A DNA stretch of 64,000 nucleotides from a virus (taxonomy: Duplodnaviria; Caudoviricetes), in the IMG/VR virus record IMGVR_UViG_3300042363_001486. The stretch is one strand, 5' to 3'. This document shows, in pieces, positions 27,273-37,430 of the stretch; positions within the stretch are counted from its first letter, which is position 1; every line of letters begins with the position of its first letter. The notes below the pieces were generated by a model. The model was not told the DNA's origin and searched no databases. It worked only from the letters and a program-made list of their open reading frames with translations. Made by a program: the position numbers and the translations under genes.

Positions 27273-27914
27273 TCATTTTACATCTACAGAACGCTTGCGT
27301 TGACAGACAAAAATATAATACTTTTCCAAGTATTGTGTGCCGTCGGGGTATTGAATTGGCACTTCGTAATCATACCAAACAACATCAAAACCGCTACGTT
27401 TTAACAGATTTAACCACATGCTTCGTCCCAAGATGCTGTAGTGATTGCGATTGGTTTCGTGCGGCTGATCGCCATCAGGTGCCGGCACTTCAATGTACAA
27501 ACGTCCGCCGGATTTCAGCACACGATTGTATTCCAACAGAGTAATGTAAGGAAAAGGGCTGTGTTCAAGACTATGCCGACAGAACAAGAGATCTACCGAT
27601 TCGTCTCGGGCTGTTAAAAAGTTCATGTCCGATCGTTCTACTTGATGTCCAGCTGCGGTACAAATATCAATGTCGCCTGCGCTCAGTGTCAAGCCAGTGA
27701 CGTTGCTATAGCCGCGGGCAGTCATTTGATCAAGAAAATATCCAGGACCGCAGCCCAGATCCAAGATACGGGCAGTTTTTGGCAAGTTCATGGGATCGAC
27801 AAATCTGGTGACTACGTCAGCAGTGATGTCGCGATGAAACGGACTGTGTCCTTCGGCATAAACCTGGCTGAGAATATGATCGTAATAGAATTTAATACGG
27901 AGCTGTGTGTTCAT
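27273..27914 (-). CDS. Class I SAM-dependent methyltransferase
   Basis: ILDLGCGPG, HSLEH, RVLKSGG. Confidence 0.85.
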   Translation of the reverse strand: MNTQLRIKFYYDHILSQVYAEGHSPFHRDITADVVTRFVDPMNLPKTARILDLGCGPGYFLDQMTARGYSNVTGLTLSAGDIDICTAAGHQVERSDMNFLTARDESVDLLFCRHSLEHSPFPYITLLEYNRVLKSGGRLYIEVPAPDGDQPHETNRNHYSILGRSMWLNLLKRSGFDVVWYDYEVPIQYPDGTQYLEKYYIFVCQRKRSVDVK

Positions 27915-27969
27915 AGCACTATTTAACTGGTATTGCCGGAGCGGTTAAATTAGAATATTACAGCCTAAA

Positions 27970-28575
27970 TTAATAAATTTCTACTACAGTACCGATCAAA
28001 GCTGCTGTGGCGTCAAGAGTAAAGTTGTCACCAGCCCAGGCTGTGAGATATTCGGCATAGGCCATACCATTGCTTATTGTCCAGCCTGCAGGAGCACTTT
28101 CTATTCCATTGTAAAAGCTAAAAGCTATCACAGTGGCTGGAACACGATTCACCGTTAAAGTAGGAATAGCCAAGGTAGTTCCTGTGCTGTTGTTGCTGAC
28201 TCCGGCGCCTGTGCCCACTTCACTTGCACCGCGAAATATTAAACATCCCGAATAAGGATCTGCACTGTCTCCGTCGCTACCGCCATCAAATGTTAGAGTT
28301 TGTGCTTCGCCATCTGTAAATTGATACACCATTTTTGTGCTTCGATCACCAGTAGTGCCAAATTGGTTGGATACTCCGGTGGCAATTGACGTCCATCCAG
28401 CAGGAGTAGGGCTAGGTGTAGTTGTTCTGTTGCTGCCGAACGCTATGATGAGATCGCCTGCGGCTGTGGCTGGGATAGAGATCGAGGTCACACCTCCGCT
28501 TGATACAGTTGAGCCTAATACTGATTCTACCAATATCGGCACAGGCGTCATCAATAGAGCCTGTTGTATACTCAT
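27970..28575 (-). CDS. Hypothetical fibre-associated beta-sandwich protein
   Basis: AAGDLIIA and repeated PAGWT motifs; coupled to the upstream fibre gene. Confidence 0.55.
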   Translation of the reverse strand: MSIQQALLMTPVPILVESVLGSTVSSGGVTSISIPATAAGDLIIAFGSNRTTTPSPTPAGWTSIATGVSNQFGTTGDRSTKMVYQFTDGEAQTLTFDGGSDGDSADPYSGCLIFRGASEVGTGAGVSNNSTGTTLAIPTLTVNRVPATVIAFSFYNGIESAPAGWTISNGMAYAEYLTAWAGDNFTLDATAALIGTVVEIY

Positions 28576-29996
28576 GTTAAACCTGCACCAGAAATTACAA
28601 ATGTGTTAGCAGCCACACAAACAATAGTAGACAGACCATATCTGGCCATGGTTCTATTGCCAGTGGCAGCAGTGCCGGCCAATCTCAGGGTAACACCTGC
28701 ACCTTGTACCACAGCATTAGAAGCGTTTTGATTGTTAAAAATTGAAACTGTTTGACCAAACGGGCTGGCAAATACACCAGCAGGAATAGTGACGTTGCCT
28801 GTTGTTATGTTGATCATTCGACCGTTGTCAGTGGCTTCCAAGGTATAGTTGGCAGATTTACCATTTTGCGGTATGCTGCGGACACTGCCAAGGCTGTCGC
28901 TTATTCCATCACCAGATGTAATTCCACCAGTGGCCGACATCAATCCCGCAGTTAACACATTCCCGCCCGAGATGTTGCCTGTGGCTATAACTGTTCCTGC
29001 TGTGGTAAACTTAGTTGCGGTAACTCCATTGGCCACAGTAATATTAGCCACTTCTACACGGTTTGCGGCAGTTTGTCCCACAGGTGTTACAATAAAACTC
29101 AATTCACTACCCTGAGCTGTAGTGGTTTGATTTTCCAGAGCTGCTGCGGAAATTTGCACTGTGGCCACATTGCCTACACCAGCATCGGTTGCTGCTGTAG
29201 CATTTATGCGAAGAATATCTTCGCCAGCCAGGACCTGAGTAGGCGTAGCTACGTTACCGTTCCAGCGTCTTGCTACCCAACTTACATAATCGCCGTTGCC
29301 ATCATAATAGAGACGGCAAGGTATATCTAACTGTCCTGTGACATGTAGCATGGCTCCTGTGATGCCAGGTGCAATACTGTTGCCCGAGGAGCTGCCAACA
29401 ATTTCTACTGCACCCAAGACGGGGTCTGTGTTGGGTACCAAGAACCGAACTTGTCCGTCGTCGGTGGCTTGAAAATATCTGTTGGCCACGTTGGGAGGAA
29501 ACCCATCGGTCTTATAAAAACCAATGTTGCCTACCAACTGAACTTCAGCCGATCCTTTGGTGGCCAGAATCATGTTTTGATCTTCGTTGACCAGAGTCAA
29601 GATATTGAGATTGGCTGTGAAGTCTCCAAAACTGAGTGGCAGTCCAGTAGTATCAATTGTTAATGTGCCGTCATTTGAAATGTTGGCCCCTGGACCGGCC
29701 TTGACGCCACCAATTTTTGTTGTTGTTGCTGGTGAAATATTTCCAGTGATCGAAATATCACCAGTGAGATTTACTGTACCCGACGTCGACGTAATTGTGC
29801 TAACTGTGAGTGTATTAATCAATGCGTTGGCATTAGCACCTAAATCTACCGGTTGGCCGCCTGGAGTTGTTCCGTCACTTACGAAGATTTGGTTAGTATC
29901 TGGATTGTACCAAAGACGATCAAGTTGGCCAACATAGGTAGCAGGATCGGTGTTGTTATCTCTGCTGGTAAAAAAATTCTGAACACTGTTACCCAT
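28572..29996 (-). CDS. Fibre/decoration structural protein
   Basis: N-terminal LWYNPDTNQIFVSDGTTPGG docking-type motif, ATTTKIGGVK, G/T/N-rich repeats. Confidence 0.65.
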   Translation of the reverse strand: MGNSVQNFFTSRDNNTDPATYVGQLDRLWYNPDTNQIFVSDGTTPGGQPVDLGANANALINTLTVSTITSTSGTVNLTGDISITGNISPATTTKIGGVKAGPGANISNDGTLTIDTTGLPLSFGDFTANLNILTLVNEDQNMILATKGSAEVQLVGNIGFYKTDGFPPNVANRYFQATDDGQVRFLVPNTDPVLGAVEIVGSSSGNSIAPGITGAMLHVTGQLDIPCRLYYDGNGDYVSWVARRWNGNVATPTQVLAGEDILRINATAATDAGVGNVATVQISAAALENQTTTAQGSELSFIVTPVGQTAANRVEVANITVANGVTATKFTTAGTVIATGNISGGNVLTAGLMSATGGITSGDGISDSLGSVRSIPQNGKSANYTLEATDNGRMINITTGNVTIPAGVFASPFGQTVSIFNNQNASNAVVQGAGVTLRLAGTAATGNRTMARYGLSTIVCVAANTFVISGAGLT

Positions 29997-30010
29997 TATG
30001 ATTGTTGTCC

Positions 30011-30385
30011 TTAGTCGTCAAGCACATCGTCATTGGACATTTCAGCAATGCCGGCCATCTGTTTCATTCTTGCTAGTTCATGCATGTGATCGTGACCATG
30101 ATCGTGCGATTGTTCCACCTCATCAGCACGTGGCTCACCAGGATCATAAATGTTGTCCACGCCTACTGCACGTTTTAACAGTTCTAATTTCAACTGCAAA
30201 GGCGGTACATAAACTTCATCGTCGGCTCCTGCATCTTGATTGTCCGGTGCGTCTACTGTGTCTCCGTAAGGTCCTGCCACTGCTGACAGTTCAGCAGGGT
30301 TCTGCAGTTGTGGGTCTGGCCGTCCAGGATCTGATTCGGTATCGATTACATCTGCTAACTTACGAAATATGTCACTGATTTTCAT
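30011..30385 (-). CDS. Acidic putative internal head protein
   Basis: MKISDI start, VPPLQLKLELLK, ELARMKQMAGI. Confidence 0.6.
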   Translation of the reverse strand: MKISDIFRKLADVIDTESDPGRPDPQLQNPAELSAVAGPYGDTVDAPDNQDAGADDEVYVPPLQLKLELLKRAVGVDNIYDPGEPRADEVEQSHDHGHDHMHELARMKQMAGIAEMSNDDVLDD

Positions 30386-30753
30386 CTTGGGTATCCTCGA
30401 AAGCCTTTAATAGGGCTTGTTGTATTGCCACCTGGTGGCTCTTCGCTGTTGAGATCGCCGCCGTTGAGATCTCGATAGTTGGCTCCGGCTGCTTTGTAGG
30501 CCATTTTTAACATGTCCTGTTCTTGTTTGGTGTAAGGGTGTGCTGTTTTGTCTTTGCCAAACCAACTTTTTTCGTCTATGTCGGGGATAAAAGTTCCGTC
30601 CGTTGAAGCCACTGCCATCATTACACGATTCAGTGTGTAGTCAGAATGCCTACGTTCACCATCACCAAATGTATTCAGACCACGTGTGCCTGCTTGACGC
30701 CGCTGTGAAATTTTAGCATTGTTGCTTTCAACGACAAACTCTCTGGCTCGCAT
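30382..30753 (-). CDS. Putative internal head protein
   Basis: N-terminus MRAREFVVE resembles a capsid-targeting sequence. Confidence 0.6.
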   Translation of the reverse strand: MRAREFVVESNNAKISQRRQAGTRGLNTFGDGERRHSDYTLNRVMMAVASTDGTFIPDIDEKSWFGKDKTAHPYTKQEQDMLKMAYKAAGANYRDLNGGDLNSEEPPGGNTTSPIKGFRGYPR

Positions 30754-31025
30754 TAGAGAACTCCGGCAGAACCTGAACTAGCAGTACCCACTTCCTGTAT
30801 AGTACAGTTGCCGCCTACAACGGTCAACTGATTACCTACTCCAACAAATACATCTTCTACCCAGTTAGCCGGAACTTGTGCGGGGGCAGAAAAAATATTA
30901 CCAGCAGCAGAAGGATATATCAAATTGACTTGATAAGTCACTGCATTTGTGCCAGTGGTGATTCTGGCCTTATCGGTGTACCATGTTTGTGCCGAAGCGG
31001 TAGTGTATACATTGGCTTGTGCCAT
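30753..31025 (-). CDS. Small hypothetical structural protein
   Basis: 90 aa, AAGGA RBS, coupled to the next gene. Confidence 0.65.
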   Translation of the reverse strand: MAQANVYTTASAQTWYTDKARITTGTNAVTYQVNLIYPSAAGNIFSAPAQVPANWVEDVFVGVGNQLTVVGGNCTIQEVGTASSGSAGVL

Positions 31026-31040
31026 TTTATTTCCTTTATA

Positions 31041-31793
31041 TTACCAAGCGCGACATGACCAGTATCTCGCCTTGTGACGAGGACCTGGGTTGTCGCAATT
31101 GTGTCGTGCTCTGAAACTCTTTCTACGTTCTGGATTTGATTTTTTAATACGCATATTAGGGTCGCCAAAGTTGACTTTGACCACATTGCCTTGCGGATTT
31201 TTCACGTACACTTTGGATTTTTTTACATCACCGGCCATGGGCTTGCCCAGTTTGACTTCACGACCTTGATACTTAGCTTCGTCGACATCGCCGATGGTGC
31301 TCGATGTGGCTTGACCGTGTAGATCTTCGGCATCTTGCCCTTGTGCGTTAACAGGATCGACTCCGTCCTCTTCCATAGGGCCAACTGCTGCATCAGCTGC
31401 TGCTTTGGCTGCAAGAGGATCGTTATGATCATCATCTGTTTCAGGTTGATACGGTGCTGTTTCTTCCAAGCCGGCTCTACTACGTATCAAACGTAACTCT
31501 CGATCGCTGTCGTGATCAACCTCGTCAATTTCTTCTTCAGCTACAGTAAATCCCATACCAGGACTGGAACCTACAGCACCGTAACGGCGAATAGTTTCCA
31601 TCTTGTAGCCGTATTGTTCCAGCAGACTGATCAGTTGATCATCACCGTGTATCACAATGCCATCTTCATGAGTGTCAACAACATAACTCTCGATCAAGCA
31701 TTCTTCGCGAATCACAATAGCAAAGCTGTCGCCTACAGTTGGTATATCAGCGTAGGCTTCTGATTCAGCTAGGTAATCTTTAAAAGTTTTCAT
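31041..31793 (-). CDS. Putative internal head protein with a basic C-terminal domain
   Basis: MKTFKDYLAE start, acidic middle, basic VNFGD...SFRARHNC...YWSC end. Confidence 0.7.
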   Translation of the reverse strand: MKTFKDYLAESEAYADIPTVGDSFAIVIREECLIESYVVDTHEDGIVIHGDDQLISLLEQYGYKMETIRRYGAVGSSPGMGFTVAEEEIDEVDHDSDRELRLIRSRAGLEETAPYQPETDDDHNDPLAAKAAADAAVGPMEEDGVDPVNAQGQDAEDLHGQATSSTIGDVDEAKYQGREVKLGKPMAGDVKKSKVYVKNPQGNVVKVNFGDPNMRIKKSNPERRKSFRARHNCDNPGPRHKARYWSCRAW

Positions 31794-34219
31794 TTGTTAT
31801 CGATATTTTTATAAAGATCCCACAGACGAGTAGATGTTTCTTTTTTGACACTTTCTGCCACATCTCCGAGATTCAAACTAGGCGACGATGTATGTCCCAA
31901 ACGACGCATGGCCAAGGGATTGTCGCCCATGTTGTTGGGGTTGGCTTGCAGCTTGGGACCGTTTAGTCCGCCCGATAAAGTATTGACCATGGTATCGGTA
32001 TCGCTGTACTGTTCATCTGGTGTGTTGGCTAATTCTTCGTCTACTTGTTCTGCACCGCAGGCCCCGGCTTCGTGTATTCCATGGCACTGATCGCAAACTC
32101 GACTATAGCCTTCACTAGAGAACAAGCCAGCCATCTTCAACATTTGTCCCAGTTGATCAGCTTGCTCGTCGCTGGCAGTGACAGTGATGTTTTTACGACC
32201 GCCATCATCTACACTGACGTTGACACTGTAGCCTTCGTTCAGTTGTTTCATCTTGTTTTCAAAGCTTTCGGCCAATGCGCCTTCGTACACACCTTTGCCG
32301 AACTGCATGCCGCCTTTGCTTCTGGCAGGAGCAGCACTGGTAGCAACAGATCCAGCTACTGTAGTTTCATCTACTTCTTTCTTTTTGTCTTTTTTGTCAT
32401 CGTACTCAATGTCTTTGGTGACTTTTTTACCGGCACGTTCAGCCTTGGTATCATCCTTGCCCTTGTGCTTCATATCGTATTCGAGATCTTTGGTGACTTT
32501 TTTACCGGCACGTTCGGCTCGCTGATCTTCTTTGTCAGCGGATTCTTCTTCAACTTTACCGGCTTTCTTAGCTTTCCAAGCAGTGGCGTAGGCAATGGCT
32601 TTTTCACGGTCAGTCAGCTTGCCATCTTTGGCATAGCCAGATTTGATGTGTTTGACCATGCGTTCAGCTTTGGCTCCCGGAGGTGCTTTTTCCTCTACAG
32701 ATTCAACATCTTCCTTGGCACGCAGCTTGGCCAACACAGCACCAGCAACTTTCTCGCCACGCTCTTTTGAGCCATACCGTTCAGCAGCATCTTTAGCAAT
32801 CTTCTCAAAGTTCTTGCCAGGCTTGCCAATGTCTTTACCAGCACGAGCAGCTTTGGCAGAATAACTGGCTTCGGCCATGGGCTCTTCGCCTCGAGCTGTG
32901 TACTGTTCGCCTTTGGCCTTCAGGTAGTCACGTGCGGTGTCGAGATAATCAACTGCCTTGGTGATTTTGCTTTGCACCCACTCTGGCAGGTTTTCGTTGG
33001 CATCTAAAATGCTGTGTAATTCTTCTGCTGCGTCAGCAATTTGATGCAGTTGATTCAAGGCCATGTCGCCTTCGCGATCGTATTCGCCGCGATCAGCAGG
33101 ATCAATGTCCTGCTCTTTTAATCCGCCTTTGCCTTTCAGCAGTTTGCTGTTGACTCCGGGGCCTTTGGCTCCTAAGCGACGCTTGGCACCAACTGGGCGG
33201 CCTTTTTTCTTTGGTGTGTCGTCGTCGGCTGCTTCAGGCTCTTCCTGATGCTTGCGACTATACACTGTTCCAGTTGAAATCTTTTTCTTGTCAAAAGCAC
33301 TAGACGCATCGTCTTTGCCAAAACGCAATTCGTATTCGGGTGTGCCTGGAAATACTTCGTTTAACTCAGATTCTTTAATAGAAAGACTTTTGGTGAGTTC
33401 TTTGGCACTGCCGCCCATTTGTTTCTGGAACGAACCTTTAGCATCGTTTTTGTCTTTTACAGCTTTTTTCATTGGCTCTTTCTTGTCGCCATCTTTGTCC
33501 ATGTCCAAGAAGTCAGGTTTAGACTTTTTAGCTTCCTTGACTGGATAACGCTTTCCGTCGACTTCGAATTCTTTGGCGCCAGCAGCTTTGGCTCGAGCCA
33601 ATTCTCCGCTAAATTCATTGCCTTCGCCAACAGCATCTTCTGCTACATCAGCAGGAAAAAGTTTGTTAGCATGCACTTGATCGTATGTGTTGCCAGGATA
33701 CTGTCGACCATCAAATCGAACTGCAAAGTATTTGGCTGCGCCGGCAGGAGTCTTCATTTGTCCTACAACAACAGCAGGCTTGCCTTCCACTGACACACGG
33801 TCACCTTTTTTAACAGTTGTTGCTATAACTTCTTTGACTGGCTGCTGTTGTGCTGACTTCTTGGCCAGCATGCGAGTATGATTGGGATTGGCTAGAGCAT
33901 CACGCTTGCGCTGTCCGCCACTGAGTGCTGCTTGACTAAACTTGTCAAGACCCAACTGATCTACAGGCAGTTTGTCGTAAGCTTCGTCGATCTCTTCTTC
34001 GCCATTGACTGCTGCCCAAAAATCAGCAGCTTCTTTGGCACTCATTCCGTATTCACCGGCATTGGCCACAAAGTCTGCTTTAGACATTTTTTCAGCGCGA
34101 TTTTCAAGATCACGTTTCATCTGTCCTTCGGCAACAGGTTCGGCCATGGTCTGACTTTCTGTTAGTGTTTTCTTTGAACTAATGGCGTCAAGTCGAGCCA
34201 TGATTTGATAGATATCCAT
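31790..34219 (-). CDS. Large modular Lys/Glu-rich putative head polyprotein
   Basis: 809 aa of short modules separated by hydrophobic-x-E sites. Confidence 0.7.
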   Translation of the reverse strand: MDIYQIMARLDAISSKKTLTESQTMAEPVAEGQMKRDLENRAEKMSKADFVANAGEYGMSAKEAADFWAAVNGEEEIDEAYDKLPVDQLGLDKFSQAALSGGQRKRDALANPNHTRMLAKKSAQQQPVKEVIATTVKKGDRVSVEGKPAVVVGQMKTPAGAAKYFAVRFDGRQYPGNTYDQVHANKLFPADVAEDAVGEGNEFSGELARAKAAGAKEFEVDGKRYPVKEAKKSKPDFLDMDKDGDKKEPMKKAVKDKNDAKGSFQKQMGGSAKELTKSLSIKESELNEVFPGTPEYELRFGKDDASSAFDKKKISTGTVYSRKHQEEPEAADDDTPKKKGRPVGAKRRLGAKGPGVNSKLLKGKGGLKEQDIDPADRGEYDREGDMALNQLHQIADAAEELHSILDANENLPEWVQSKITKAVDYLDTARDYLKAKGEQYTARGEEPMAEASYSAKAARAGKDIGKPGKNFEKIAKDAAERYGSKERGEKVAGAVLAKLRAKEDVESVEEKAPPGAKAERMVKHIKSGYAKDGKLTDREKAIAYATAWKAKKAGKVEEESADKEDQRAERAGKKVTKDLEYDMKHKGKDDTKAERAGKKVTKDIEYDDKKDKKKEVDETTVAGSVATSAAPARSKGGMQFGKGVYEGALAESFENKMKQLNEGYSVNVSVDDGGRKNITVTASDEQADQLGQMLKMAGLFSSEGYSRVCDQCHGIHEAGACGAEQVDEELANTPDEQYSDTDTMVNTLSGGLNGPKLQANPNNMGDNPLAMRRLGHTSSPSLNLGDVAESVKKETSTRLWDLYKNIDNK
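32412..32515. repeat. 29-nt exact direct repeat (32412-32440, 32487-32515), 75-nt period
   Basis: tctttggtgacttttttaccggcacgttc twice; encodes the ERAGKKVTKD repeat. Confidence 0.9.
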
Positions 34220-34827
34220 TATTGTTTTCCTTGGGGGTTGCGACCAGTGGCAGGACGAGCTGGACGTTTTACTGTTGACATAGGGCTAACGACCCCTTGT
34301 GGTAAATCATTTGTTGTAACAGCAGGCGGAGTCTTTCCGCCTGCCACAGTCCATGTGGCTTTTTCAGCAGAATTTTTTACAATCTGTAGATTACTATCGG
34401 CATATTCTTTACTGAGACGTTTTTGTTCAGCGGAGTCTGCTGGGTAATCAGAAGTTAACAAGGGTTCAGTTTGATCTGCAATACCAGCCAATTCTGTGTC
34501 CATACCTTCTGCCCATTGCAGGTCGTTGATGCAGATATTGTCAGCATCAAGACCCAACAACTCAGCAAACTGCTGAATCTGCGGCGGTGTTGCTGGATAT
34601 CGAAATGTTCCGTCGATGATGGTGACTCGTTGATTAGTTGCTGCAGGAAAATCCACAGGCTTGGCCTGTATGGGAGTAGTCTTGGGTTCAGAAATCTTCA
34701 CAGGATCAAACTTTTCGAGTTTTTCCTTGAATGCTTTCAAGAAACCAGGTGCTACTTCACCGCAGATTTTGATGCGATAATCAAAGGTTTTCGCGCTTTC
34801 TGTCAGGTATTGTGCAAATGTTTTCAT
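34219..34827 (-). CDS. Putative head/internal protein
   Basis: MKTFAQYLTE start; TAAATA late motif upstream. Confidence 0.7.
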   Translation of the reverse strand: MKTFAQYLTESAKTFDYRIKICGEVAPGFLKAFKEKLEKFDPVKISEPKTTPIQAKPVDFPAATNQRVTIIDGTFRYPATPPQIQQFAELLGLDADNICINDLQWAEGMDTELAGIADQTEPLLTSDYPADSAEQKRLSKEYADSNLQIVKNSAEKATWTVAGGKTPPAVTTNDLPQGVVSPMSTVKRPARPATGRNPQGKQ

Positions 34828-34857
34828 GTCATAGTCCTATGGATATATTTAGCGAAA

Positions 34858-35340
34858 TTATTTTTTTGTTGTGTCGTCGGCATTGCGATTGATTAGACGA
34901 CTCAATAATTCGTTTCGATCCAAAATAGTACCTTCACCTGTGGGCAAGTCGTTTTCTCGGTTGCCGGAGTCTTGATCTAGTTTGGCTTTTTTTAACTGCA
35001 GTTCGATTATTTTCAACTTTTTGTTGACTTTAGCAGTTTTGGCTGTGATTGCATGACCCAGCATCTGACTAGCTACACCAAATATTTCACTGGCGTAGCG
35101 GCTGTCCACATTCATACCAAGATCGAGTAAATTATTGAATTCTTTTACAGCCATTGTAGCTAATTCATCCATTTCTGCGTCAGATGATTCCAGCCCGCGC
35201 ACAGCAGGCAGAGCCTGTTCGATTTTATCTAATTCACTTAGAGTATTAGACATATCCGAAACAGAGTTGTTAACAGTCGAAACCGACTCCTCGGCAGCGC
35301 CAGGCGGAAATTGAAAAAGTTCTTCGAGCTTTTTTGTCAT
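34858..35340 (-). CDS. Probable terminase small subunit (gp16-like)
   Basis: 160-aa helical/coiled-coil protein ending in ILDRNELL, late motif upstream; call rests on size, architecture and context. Confidence 0.45.
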   Translation of the reverse strand: MTKKLEELFQFPPGAAEESVSTVNNSVSDMSNTLSELDKIEQALPAVRGLESSDAEMDELATMAVKEFNNLLDLGMNVDSRYASEIFGVASQMLGHAITAKTAKVNKKLKIIELQLKKAKLDQDSGNRENDLPTGEGTILDRNELLSRLINRNADDTTKK

Positions 35341-35411
35341 ACCGTATTTACCGGTTTAAGCGTCCACCCTTTGTAATTAGAAAGCTTACCAGAATTTACA
35401 CTGCTCATCAT
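35337..35411 (-). pseudogene. Possible relic of a homing-endonuclease C-terminal DNA-binding motif
   Basis: 24-aa frame MMSSVNSGKLSNYKGWTLKPVNTV with a GK...YKGW motif; in-frame TAA just upstream. Confidence 0.35.
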
Positions 35412-35436
35412 AGTTTACTATGCTGTATTAAATTAT

Positions 35437-35868
35437 TTATTTTCTTCCATTACGAAAGATGTCATCTTCTGTTATTATTCTAAAAGTAAGGCCGTTGGCC
35501 TTAGCCCACTTAGTAGCCTGATCCCACTTGGCATAGTTGATGGCCACAACCATTCGATCACGCTCACTCATTTTTCCTTCTAGAACACTTTGTTTGCGTG
35601 GTTTGATTTCAATTAATTCGCCTACAGTTTTACCCTGACTACTTTGATAAGTTATCAAAAAGTCTGGCACATACATGGTCATTTTGCCTGTTAAGGGATG
35701 ACGATACGGAATGGATATTGATTCGCTAGCCCACTGTAGTATGTGTGCGTTGTCGTCGCAGAATTTCATAAAATGCCATTCCCAACTGCTGCGATAACGC
35801 GGCGGTTTGACACCTACATATTTTTGGGGATTGTTGACTTTGTAAAGCCCTTGTGCAAACTTGCTCAT
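35437..35868 (-). CDS. gp4: Head completion nuclease (T4 gp4-like, TnsA-type)
   Basis: NPQKYVG, YRSSWE, WASE, YVPDF, EIKP, N.AKW. Confidence 0.88.
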   Translation of the reverse strand: MSKFAQGLYKVNNPQKYVGVKPPRYRSSWEWHFMKFCDDNAHILQWASESISIPYRHPLTGKMTMYVPDFLITYQSSQGKTVGELIEIKPRKQSVLEGKMSERDRMVVAINYAKWDQATKWAKANGLTFRIITEDDIFRNGRK

Positions 35869-36224
35869 GGCAATACATTTCTTGCAACATAAAAATTAGG
35901 CAGCACTGGTGCGTTAATCCCCAACAATGTACTAGGGCTACGCAAACCATTTAGATAATAGGCCATAGTAGCTGTCAACTGCACAGCATTTTGACCTTCT
36001 ACCTGAGATAACAAGGTTAACACTGGTGTATTAGTTGCTTGTGCTATTTGAAAAAATGTACTAGTGAGATTTTGTGCTTCAAGAGGATCTGCAAATACTG
36101 ACACAAAGTAACTGTTAACAACATCGTACTCATTGCCGTCGACTTCAATTGTAGGAGCATTAAAGTCATTGAATACTCTGGCCGACAAATCAATGTTGGG
36201 ATTTAATGCATTTACAGTGCCCAT
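35865..36224 (-). CDS. Hypothetical structural-region protein
   Basis: 119 aa, overlaps the gp4 start. Confidence 0.65.
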   Translation of the reverse strand: MGTVNALNPNIDLSARVFNDFNAPTIEVDGNEYDVVNSYFVSVFADPLEAQNLTSTFFQIAQATNTPVLTLLSQVEGQNAVQLTATMAYYLNGLRSPSTLLGINAPVLPNFYVARNVLP

Positions 36225-36232
36225 TTTAATTC

Positions 36233-37414
36233 CTATGCTGAGATTGGTAAGTCTGATCCCGGTTGTCCGCCTAGTTCACCAGTGGTGGGATTAAATTGTC
36301 TTGGCAATGGCGGTGTAGGTATTTGTAGTCCAGAATTTGGAGGTGTTCCGTTGGTGACAGAAGGTACTGCTGCAGGATTATTCAAAACTGGTGGTGTAGA
36401 TCCCACCGGTTTGGGTGTTGGAGGTCTCAGATAATCATTATAAGCAACATCTGGTTGTTGAACACCACCTACTCGTCCTGCCGTTGAAGTTGCTTGATCA
36501 TCGGATATTTTCCCTATACCCACTGGATAATTACCACCTTGTCCATTCACTAGAGATGTTTGTGATCGTGTCGACAGCGGACTCAGTGACTGATCATACG
36601 TGCTAGGATCAGCAAATCCCACTACATTAGTGTCGGGTCTATCAGCGCCAATTGCACCCGAATAATACTTGACTGTTTCATACTGTATAGTCATTGTGTT
36701 TTGCATGGTGCCGCCATCTTGACTATAGTCATAGGTATCATGATTCCAATTGCTGATTAACGGATTAATTAAAACATACGATACCCACTTGTGCTGATCG
36801 AACCCATAAATTGTAATGTCTCTGAAAAAAGCGGGTTTACCGTTCTCGGAGTTGGTACCGTCACTATAGCTTTCTCCAATGTAACCCCAGTCATTGACTG
36901 TGCGTTCATTGGTATAAATGTCCCGACTATTGTAGCTGAATCCTGCTGCTTGACTAGAGTCGACTCCGGCCGCGCCGTTAGTGGCAGCTACACCGTTGTA
37001 GGGCTGATTGGGATCTTTATAGTAGTAAGAAAAATAGTTGTACCAGAGATTGCGTATTAGATCGCCGCCATCGTCGTGCATTTCGACTTGAACAGGATTA
37101 TAGTCAATCTTTTTTTGTACAACTCTTTTGCGATTGTATTGATTTAACGTTTCTGTTGCAATGGTAAACTGCGGTAGCTGAACTGTTTTTACCAACATTC
37201 CTATGCGAGTCTGATCTTCGCCCAATGACTGTTGTAGCGCAGGGATACCAGTTTGCGGATTGGTATTAAGATTAAAATAAACATGAAATAAAAACTTGAC
37301 ACGAGGTACATGTTCAAGACTATTAGCACGGAAAAACTTAGGAGCATGTGCATAGTCCCTAAGAGTTTCAGTGCCATAGACGTTAGTGATATACTGCTGG
37401 CCAAATGATGACAT
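36233..37414 (-). CDS. Tail tube-like baseplate protein (gp54/gp48-like tube initiator)
   Basis: Tube-fold motifs VKTVQLP, NQYNRKR, HDD, TMTIQYE; Pro-rich tail; next to gp19. Confidence 0.65.
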   Translation of the reverse strand: MSSFGQQYITNVYGTETLRDYAHAPKFFRANSLEHVPRVKFLFHVYFNLNTNPQTGIPALQQSLGEDQTRIGMLVKTVQLPQFTIATETLNQYNRKRVVQKKIDYNPVQVEMHDDGGDLIRNLWYNYFSYYYKDPNQPYNGVAATNGAAGVDSSQAAGFSYNSRDIYTNERTVNDWGYIGESYSDGTNSENGKPAFFRDITIYGFDQHKWVSYVLINPLISNWNHDTYDYSQDGGTMQNTMTIQYETVKYYSGAIGADRPDTNVVGFADPSTYDQSLSPLSTRSQTSLVNGQGGNYPVGIGKISDDQATSTAGRVGGVQQPDVAYNDYLRPPTPKPVGSTPPVLNNPAAVPSVTNGTPPNSGLQIPTPPLPRQFNPTTGELGGQPGSDLPISA

Positions 37415-37430
37415 TCGTAGTTAAATATTT

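Noticed and set aside
31845-34447. Plus-strand ORFs up to 241 aa opposite the 809-aa gene
   Set aside because: Phe/Ser-rich mirror images of Lys/Glu codons; no independent expression signals
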